A model generated the notes under the pieces. The model saw only the letters and a program-made list of their open reading frames with translations, made no database searches and had not been told where the DNA came from. Both the position numbers and the translations under genes were made by a program. From Candidatus Hermodarchaeota archaeon (lineage in GTDB: Archaea; Asgardarchaeota; Thorarchaeia; Thorarchaeales; Thorarchaeaceae), in the NCBI GenBank assembly GCA_048885865.1, contig JBHLLF010000008.1, forward strand, positions 38,926 through 102,925: 64,000 nt of DNA. The letters run 5' to 3'. Positions 58,079 through 64,000 of this stretch are shown piece by piece (the first letter of the stretch is position 1; every line of letters begins with the position of its first letter).

Positions 58079-59674
58079 GTGAATAATTACATGTCGCATG
58101 GATTCTCAGGTCGTTCCGATGTGCTCGCAAAGAATGGTATGGTGGCGACCTCTCAGCCTCTAGCCACTCAAGCAGGTCTCAAGGTGCTTCAGGCTGGTGG
58201 GAATGCAATAGACGCGGCAATCGCAGCTGCAGCCGTACTTGATGTTGTAGAACCGTTCAGCACAGGATGTGGCGGAGATGCGTTTGCATTGATTCATATG
58301 CCAGGAGCAAAAAAGCCCCTAAGCTACAATGGCTCAGGACGAGCGGGCTCTCTTGTATCCTTTGAAGAACTTCAAGAAAAAGGATGGACTGAGATGCCTC
58401 TGCTTGGTGGTGCATCTGTTACTGTTCCCGGTGCCATGCATTTATGGTTCTATCTTGTTGAGCGACATGGCTCTCTTGAAATGAGTGAGGTGCTTTCCGA
58501 TGCTATCCATTATGCTAGAGAAGGGTTTCCTGTTTCGCCCATTATTGCTAGATCTTGGGCTGGAAATGTTGATGGGTTGCTGAATGACGCAGCTAAGGAC
58601 ATATTCATGCCTAATGGCAAAGCTCCACTAGTGGGCGACATAATGCAGAATAAAGACCTTGCAACAACTTTCGAGCGACTCTCAAAGGAGGGCGTGGATG
58701 CTTTCTATGCCGGCGACATAGCCGAAGCAATTGTCAACACTGTTCAGAAGCATGACGGATTTCTCACTATGGATGATATGAAGTGTCAGAGGTCCTTCAA
58801 GACGGATCCAATCTCCACAGACTATAGAGGGCTTCAAGTATATGAGCATCCTCCAAACGGTCAAGGCTTTGCGGCACTCGAAATGCTCAACCTGATGGAA
58901 GAGTACAATATCTCAGGCTATGATTCCCTAGCGGTGGAGCGCTTCCACATTATGATTGAGGCCAAGAAACTCGCATATGCGGACCTCATTCAGCATTGCG
59001 CGGATCCAGAATTCTACAGGGTTCCTATACCTCAGCTTCTTTCCAAGGAGTATTCGAAAACTAGAGCCGAACTCATCAAAATGGATAAAGCATCTGACTC
59101 TTTTAGTACAGGCATTCCGCTAGGTCAAGATACTATCTATCTTTGCACTGCTGATAGTGATGGACAAGCAGTGTCGTTCATCAATAGCCTGTACCTTGGT
59201 TTCGGAAGTGGGCTTGTTGTACCTGGAACAGGAATCAAGCTTCACTGCCGGGGTAACCTCTTTTCATTGGACCCTGCTCATCCAAACCGATATGAACCCG
59301 GAAAACTACCTTTCCATACAATCATTCCGGGCGCCCTCTATGAAGGAGATCGCTTTCATGGCGTGTTTGGCATCATGGGAGGAGCGCACCAAGCCCAAGC
59401 ACATGCTCAGTTTGTCAGCAATATTGTCGACTATGAGATGTTTCCACAACAGGCCATCGACCATCCTCGCTTCAACCACAATCAAGGTTCTAATACCGTG
59501 GCGGTAGAAGGGGGAGTTCCTCAGACTGTTCAAATCGAATTGCTTCGATTGGGACATACCATCGTGGAATCACCCATGGCTGTTTTTGGTGGAGGCCAGG
59601 CAATTCTCAGAATTAGTAGTGGTTGGATTGCTGGTTCCGACCATCGAAAGGATGGCATGGCTGCAGGCTTTTAG
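58079..59674 (+). CDS. ggt: Gamma-glutamyltransferase
   Basis: GGNAIDAAIA, GCGGD.F, VTVPG, DTIYL (nucleophile Thr)...SFINS...FGSG, PGK.PFHTIIP, D.RKDG. Confidence 0.96.
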   Translation: MNNYMSHGFSGRSDVLAKNGMVATSQPLATQAGLKVLQAGGNAIDAAIAAAAVLDVVEPFSTGCGGDAFALIHMPGAKKPLSYNGSGRAGSLVSFEELQEKGWTEMPLLGGASVTVPGAMHLWFYLVERHGSLEMSEVLSDAIHYAREGFPVSPIIARSWAGNVDGLLNDAAKDIFMPNGKAPLVGDIMQNKDLATTFERLSKEGVDAFYAGDIAEAIVNTVQKHDGFLTMDDMKCQRSFKTDPISTDYRGLQVYEHPPNGQGFAALEMLNLMEEYNISGYDSLAVERFHIMIEAKKLAYADLIQHCADPEFYRVPIPQLLSKEYSKTRAELIKMDKASDSFSTGIPLGQDTIYLCTADSDGQAVSFINSLYLGFGSGLVVPGTGIKLHCRGNLFSLDPAHPNRYEPGKLPFHTIIPGALYEGDRFHGVFGIMGGAHQAQAHAQFVSNIVDYEMFPQQAIDHPRFNHNQGSNTVAVEGGVPQTVQIELLRLGHTIVESPMAVFGGGQAILRISSGWIAGSDHRKDGMAAGF

Positions 59675-59741
59675 GGCTGTGAAATGCCGCTACCGGAAAC
59701 ATTGAACTAGTCTACTGACTGCTAGCAATCTACAGTTTAAG

Positions 59742-61175
59742 GTGATTTTTGTGGAGGAATACCGAGAAGAGAGTGACCTATTGGGAACAAGGAAGATACC
59801 TAAAGATGCCTATTGGGGTGTACAGACACTCAGAGCCCGGGAGAACTTTGGAGTATCTCTCGTAAACCTGAATAACTATTCGACGCTTATTGAAACCTTA
59901 GCAATGGTGAAGAAGGCCTGCACCCTTGCTAACCGTGACATTGGCCATCTGTCCAAGAAGTATGCTGATGCAATCACAACTGCGTGTGACAATGTCATTG
60001 GAGGAATCCTGGATGGCGAATTTGTTGTTGACATGATGCAAGGGGGAGCTGGCACGTCAACCAATATGTGCATGAACGAAGTCCTGGCATCCAGAGCAAA
60101 TGAGCTTATAGGAGAGCCGAGGAATTCACAGTCACCCATATCAGCAAATGATCACGTGAACATGAGTCAGTCCACAAACGATGTGTATCCCACAGCAATC
60201 AAGATTGCCTCTATCTATGGTCTGAGAGAACTAGCTGAAAGACTCAAGACGCTAGTCCAAGCACTCGATGAGAAGGCCGAGAATTTCAAGGATATCTTGA
60301 AACTCGGTAGGACCGAAATGCAGGATGCGGTCCCTATTACCCTGGGACAGGAATTCTCAGCATGGTCCGCAGCTCTCAAAAGAGATGTAACCCGAATTGG
60401 TTGGGCCATCGATATCCTCGAAACGCATAACTTGGGCGCCACTGCAATTGGTACTTCACTAAACGCAGATCCTGAGTACATCCAGCTCGCCGAAAGCCAT
60501 CTACGCGAGATAACAGGATTATCTAACCTCACAACTGCCAAGAATCTAATTGATGATACGCAAAACGCAGACGAGTTTGTGCATGCATCTAGCCTTCTCA
60601 AGGTCATCGCATCTAATCTCTCCAAAATCTGTGGTGATTTGATACTGCTCTCTTCTGGCCCGATTGGTGGATTTCATGAAATCACTCTGCCTCCAGTTCA
60701 GCCCGGAAGTTCAATTATGCCCGGAAAGGTCAACCCGGTCATTCCTGAAATGGTGACACAAGTCGCATACCAGGTAATTGGCCATGATGCAGTGATCACC
60801 TTGGCTGCTCAAGCGGGACAGCTCGAACTCAATGCTTTCGAACCTGTTATTGCCTACAACTTTTTCCAAGCGTTGAAGGTCCTCAAGAACGCAATTCCAA
60901 TATTCACTGAGAAGTGTATCAAAGGCATTGAACCCAACCATACAGGATTGGAAATCGTACACCGTAGTGTCGGACTAGTCACAGCATTGAATCCAATACT
61001 AGGATACAAGACTGCTACTCGAATAGCTAAGAAGGCGCTGGAAACAGGGAGGCCTGTGAGAGAGATAGTGCTGGAAGAGGGACTGATGGATGAAGAACAG
61101 CTCGACGAGCTACTGTCTCCAGAGAGGATGACTCGAGCTGGAATACCCGGTCATGAGCATAGCCGCAAATCATAG
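59742..61175 (+). CDS. aspA: Aspartate ammonia-lyase
   Basis: YWGVQTLRA.ENF, QGGAGTSTNM, HVNMSQSTND.YPT, GRT.MQDAVP, GSSIMPGKVNPVIPE. Confidence 0.92.
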   Translation: MIFVEEYREESDLLGTRKIPKDAYWGVQTLRARENFGVSLVNLNNYSTLIETLAMVKKACTLANRDIGHLSKKYADAITTACDNVIGGILDGEFVVDMMQGGAGTSTNMCMNEVLASRANELIGEPRNSQSPISANDHVNMSQSTNDVYPTAIKIASIYGLRELAERLKTLVQALDEKAENFKDILKLGRTEMQDAVPITLGQEFSAWSAALKRDVTRIGWAIDILETHNLGATAIGTSLNADPEYIQLAESHLREITGLSNLTTAKNLIDDTQNADEFVHASSLLKVIASNLSKICGDLILLSSGPIGGFHEITLPPVQPGSSIMPGKVNPVIPEMVTQVAYQVIGHDAVITLAAQAGQLELNAFEPVIAYNFFQALKVLKNAIPIFTEKCIKGIEPNHTGLEIVHRSVGLVTALNPILGYKTATRIAKKALETGRPVREIVLEEGLMDEEQLDELLSPERMTRAGIPGHEHSRKS

Positions 61176-61188
61176 GAAGTCTAGATTT

Positions 61189-62670
61189 CTAATCTTCAAT
61201 TCCAGCTAGGTATTTAGCTATCTTCTTTCGCTCCTCTATATCATGCTGCTTCAGAATTGCCACATCTTCCATTTGGGGACTTCCGCCACCGTGAATTCCC
61301 GCAACTGCTGCCACCCCTCCAATGGAGGAGCAAAGGATATCCGAAAGCGCTCTGAAGAGTTTGTAGACATCTTCGGAGGGAACATCGTCTTTTCGTTTGA
61401 TATACTTCTGCAGCAGCGGCCCAATTTCCTCATTATAGAAGTCTCCTTCAAGCGGAAGTGTGGCTGGAAGACCTCCAGACAAATCTGCTAGGATTTCCAG
61501 TTCATGGTAGTAATTCTTCCCTGCATGTCTTCTGCCCGCGTTGCAAAAGATTGGATCCGGAATCATTGTTCCAGATTCATCTCTCTTTGCGGTGTGAGCC
61601 GCAGCAATTCCTGCTGCACGAACAAGCTCCGCTACACTGATGAGTTCAGCCAGTTTTGATTGTACATGCTTCTTGTCTTCAATCCCGTTGTATTCGCTCA
61701 CGAGGGCGCTGAATCCCATGATTATGTCAGTGGTGGCGGGCTTGCATCCGGTGTAGCTATGGCGGTGGTAGAGTGCGAACAAGAGAGCTGCATATCCTCC
61801 CAGAACGCTTTCTCCTTCCAACCCGCCTAGAAAGACGCGATCGTTGGGAACGAAGACATCATCGTAGATGATGAAATTCTCCACATCACCGAGCTCTCCC
61901 TGTGGACAAGCGAATTCTTCGCGCTTGTGGGTCGATGCTCTCGTCACGAGCTTGACACCCTCCCAATCACCTGGCAAAGCAAAGGCTACAGCGTACTGGT
62001 CTTCTGCTTCAGTGAGGAAACGTGTTGGGAGAACAATAATCTCTTCAGCTACGGCTGCGGCGGTGATGTGATTCTTGGCACCTCGTACAACAATTCCATC
62101 ATCACGATGCTCAACAACACGAAGATAGAGGTCAGGGTCTGATTGCTGATGGGGTCTCAGAGCTCTGTTTCCCTTTGGGTCAGTCTGAGCACAAGTCCCC
62201 ACAATGTTGTTTTCCTGCCAGTACTTCAGATACTCTAGAAATCTCTGATTATAGGGTCGCCCTGTCATAGCTTCAGCCCTGTGAGTGATTATTGACAAGG
62301 CATTCATTGCGTCAATACCCATACAACGAAAGACACAGCCTCCATTGAGATGACAGATTCTTCTAGTCAACTCTTGCTTCTTTAGTAAATCATCCACGGT
62401 CTGGTGGATGTGAGTGAATCTGTTGACCGTTTCGCCACTTATATGAGATTCAGCCCTCAGAATCTCCTTGAAGTCTGGCTCCTCAACTCTATCAAATGTC
62501 TGAGCTATGGTTCCAATCACACCCTGTAGACGAGGGTCTCCGCGTCCAACAGCTTCTCCACCGATAAAGACATTGGGCTTCATCTCGAGAAGTCTCTTCC
62601 TGTATTGTTCTCCAGTCCTCATTATTGAATCACAAATGGACATGTCAGCATAACATGTACTTAACTCCAA
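61189..62670 (-). CDS. abfD: 4-hydroxybutyryl-CoA dehydratase-like protein (HpaB/AbfD family); likely start ATG 62622
   Basis: CVFRC and HRHSYTGCK supply the Cys3His [4Fe-4S] ligands; TDPKG.R, DPDLY, GIVVRGAK.H, HGGGSP. Confidence 0.85.
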   Translation of the reverse strand: MELSTCYADMSICDSIMRTGEQYRKRLLEMKPNVFIGGEAVGRGDPRLQGVIGTIAQTFDRVEEPDFKEILRAESHISGETVNRFTHIHQTVDDLLKKQELTRRICHLNGGCVFRCMGIDAMNALSIITHRAEAMTGRPYNQRFLEYLKYWQENNIVGTCAQTDPKGNRALRPHQQSDPDLYLRVVEHRDDGIVVRGAKNHITAAAVAEEIIVLPTRFLTEAEDQYAVAFALPGDWEGVKLVTRASTHKREEFACPQGELGDVENFIIYDDVFVPNDRVFLGGLEGESVLGGYAALLFALYHRHSYTGCKPATTDIIMGFSALVSEYNGIEDKKHVQSKLAELISVAELVRAAGIAAAHTAKRDESGTMIPDPIFCNAGRRHAGKNYYHELEILADLSGGLPATLPLEGDFYNEEIGPLLQKYIKRKDDVPSEDVYKLFRALSDILCSSIGGVAAVAGIHGGGSPQMEDVAILKQHDIEERKKIAKYLAGIED

Positions 62671-62672
62671 CG

Positions 62673-63578
62673 TTAGCTACGGATAACTGACTGCAATCGT
62701 TTCTGAAGTTCCTTTATCTGATCTGTTTCATCTTGACTGGCGAGATAATCGATTGCGTTTTGGAAATGTGCCAGCATCGCAGTGCTACGGTCTTTTACCT
62801 CTATCTCTTCACCGATGGATGCAATATTGTGAAAGTGATAAACGCGCGCCTCTGCAGGCAGGTCTTCAATATCCAAGCTCCAATCTCTCACTTTCAATAG
62901 ATAGTCCAGATTGCTTCGGACAAGGTCGTCATCTTTTAGGACTGGGTCGTGCCCAGCAACCAGGAATTTCCATTCTCTTTCCAGATACGCTTTCAATGTA
63001 TCTAGATATAGCTGGAGGTTTGACTGGTACAAGTATGGCATTGTGGATTCAACATTATCAGATACAAAGAGCACCTTATCTCTCCCATCGTAGCATGAAG
63101 CGGAATCAATAGTATGACCTGGCGAGTGAAAGAACTCGACCTCTTCCTCTGCAAACATTAATCGTTTCTCAAAGGTGAGATTTGGCGTAACTAGAAACAC
63201 TTCTCCTTTCTTATGAGCAGCATAGTCCAAGAGCGCCTGAGGGCCCTCATCTTGAATCAGAGCGGGGCATTCATGATGACTTATGATAGGTGCTCCTTCA
63301 AAATACGAGTTTCCCCAAATATGATCATAATGTGAGTGTGAGTTGAAGACGACGATTGGTAGATTATTGTACCCCTTTTCATGTAAATAATCTGCAACTG
63401 CTTTCATTGAATCTGGGCCACAAAATGTATCGCACACAAAGATCCGTTTATCTCCTATAATCACATACACATTGGTGAAGAAGGGGTCTTCAAAGCCGAA
63501 GACTAACCCCCTCTTTCCAGCTTGGGTCAATTTCATGAGATTCACTAGCTTCTCTTGTGTCTGAAGAATCCTGAGCAT
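62673..63578 (-). CDS. MBL-fold metallo-hydrolase; likely start ATG 63536
   Basis: NSHSHYDH.WGN, SPGHT.D, SDN, AGHD. Confidence 0.92.
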   Translation of the reverse strand: MLRILQTQEKLVNLMKLTQAGKRGLVFGFEDPFFTNVYVIIGDKRIFVCDTFCGPDSMKAVADYLHEKGYNNLPIVVFNSHSHYDHIWGNSYFEGAPIISHHECPALIQDEGPQALLDYAAHKKGEVFLVTPNLTFEKRLMFAEEEVEFFHSPGHTIDSASCYDGRDKVLFVSDNVESTMPYLYQSNLQLYLDTLKAYLEREWKFLVAGHDPVLKDDDLVRSNLDYLLKVRDWSLDIEDLPAEARVYHFHNIASIGEEIEVKDRSTAMLAHFQNAIDYLASQDETDQIKELQKRLQSVIRS

Positions 63579-64000
63579 TCATATGACCTGATGCCTTTCT
63601 TCTCAAGCTCATCCATAATCAGATTCATGCCAATTGAGTCTGAACTCTGATGACCTGCAATCACAACATAGATGCCCTCGGCTTCGCATTCCTTTTTGAG
63701 ATCCTCTCCAAGATGCATGGTAACGATCGTGCTCACACCGGCACGAGCAAGCTTCTGAATTGACTCCTTTCCAGGGCTTGTTCCACCTGTAAAGAACACA
63801 AACTTTTCTCCCACGCTTCCTTCCTTGTTTCCAAGGATTATCTCTGGCCCGGCGCCCACTTTTTCTGCCTCTTGATATTCTGGAATTTCCAGAAGGACAT
63901 CTACCATGTCGCCCAGAGTTTGCGGGTCTTTCTCCTTGAGGTAGTTCGTGAGGAATTGGTATCCCAGCGAGTCCGCAGGCGTATGAGCACACATGAATGG
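63545..64000 (-). CDS. NIF3-like (NGG1p-interacting factor family) protein, 5' part outside the window
   Basis: PFMCAHTPAD, TGGT, AGVSTIVTMH, IAGH.SSD.IGMN; frame open to the right edge. Confidence 0.85.
   Translation of the reverse strand, partial: PFMCAHTPADSLGYQFLTNYLKEKDPQTLGDMVDVLLEIPEYQEAEKVGAGPEIILGNKEGSVGEKFVFFTGGTSPGKESIQKLARAGVSTIVTMHLGEDLKKECEAEGIYVVIAGHQSSDSIGMNLIMDELEKKGIRSYECSGFFRHKRS

Overview
Archaeal DNA, most consistent with an Asgard archaeon, probably Thorarchaeia. This is inferred from a Rab-like small-GTPase fold, cytosolic 24-aa LRRs, an archaeal Sec11-type signal peptidase and giant single-pass surface proteins. About 46 kb of the first 48.5 kb encodes three paralogous giant proteins on the minus strand: giant-1 (>=5916 aa, missing from the ORF track because it runs off the left edge), giant-2 (about 5.5k aa) and giant-3 (3986 aa). 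All share one plan: signal peptide, N-domain, DNRLRE-like domain, a variable number of DUF2341+LamG cassettes (8, 5 or 0), spacer, one fixed DUF2341+LamG cassette and a ~2400-aa Ig-like stalk. Giants 2 and 3 end in a TM helix and a cytoplasmic tail with 1 or 4 helical repeats; the giant-1 C-terminus is outside the window. The giants lie in two similarly built units. In each, one small gene (LRR or membrane-anchored HhH/DUF4332) precedes the giant(s), and a divergent gene carries the same unrecognised ~100-aa domain, fused in one copy to a degenerate Rab-like pseudoGTPase. The last 15 kb holds two ubiquitin-like genes, a divergent RtcB-like gene with an HD hydrolase, an AAA+ ATPase, signal peptidase I, an Fe-S protein, an MBL-rhodanese fusion, ggt, aspA, an abfD-like gene, an MBL hydrolase and a partial NIF3-like gene. 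No rRNA, tRNA, CRISPR or mobile element was seen. Domain names come from motif recognition by eye, not database searches, and internal coordinates are approximate.
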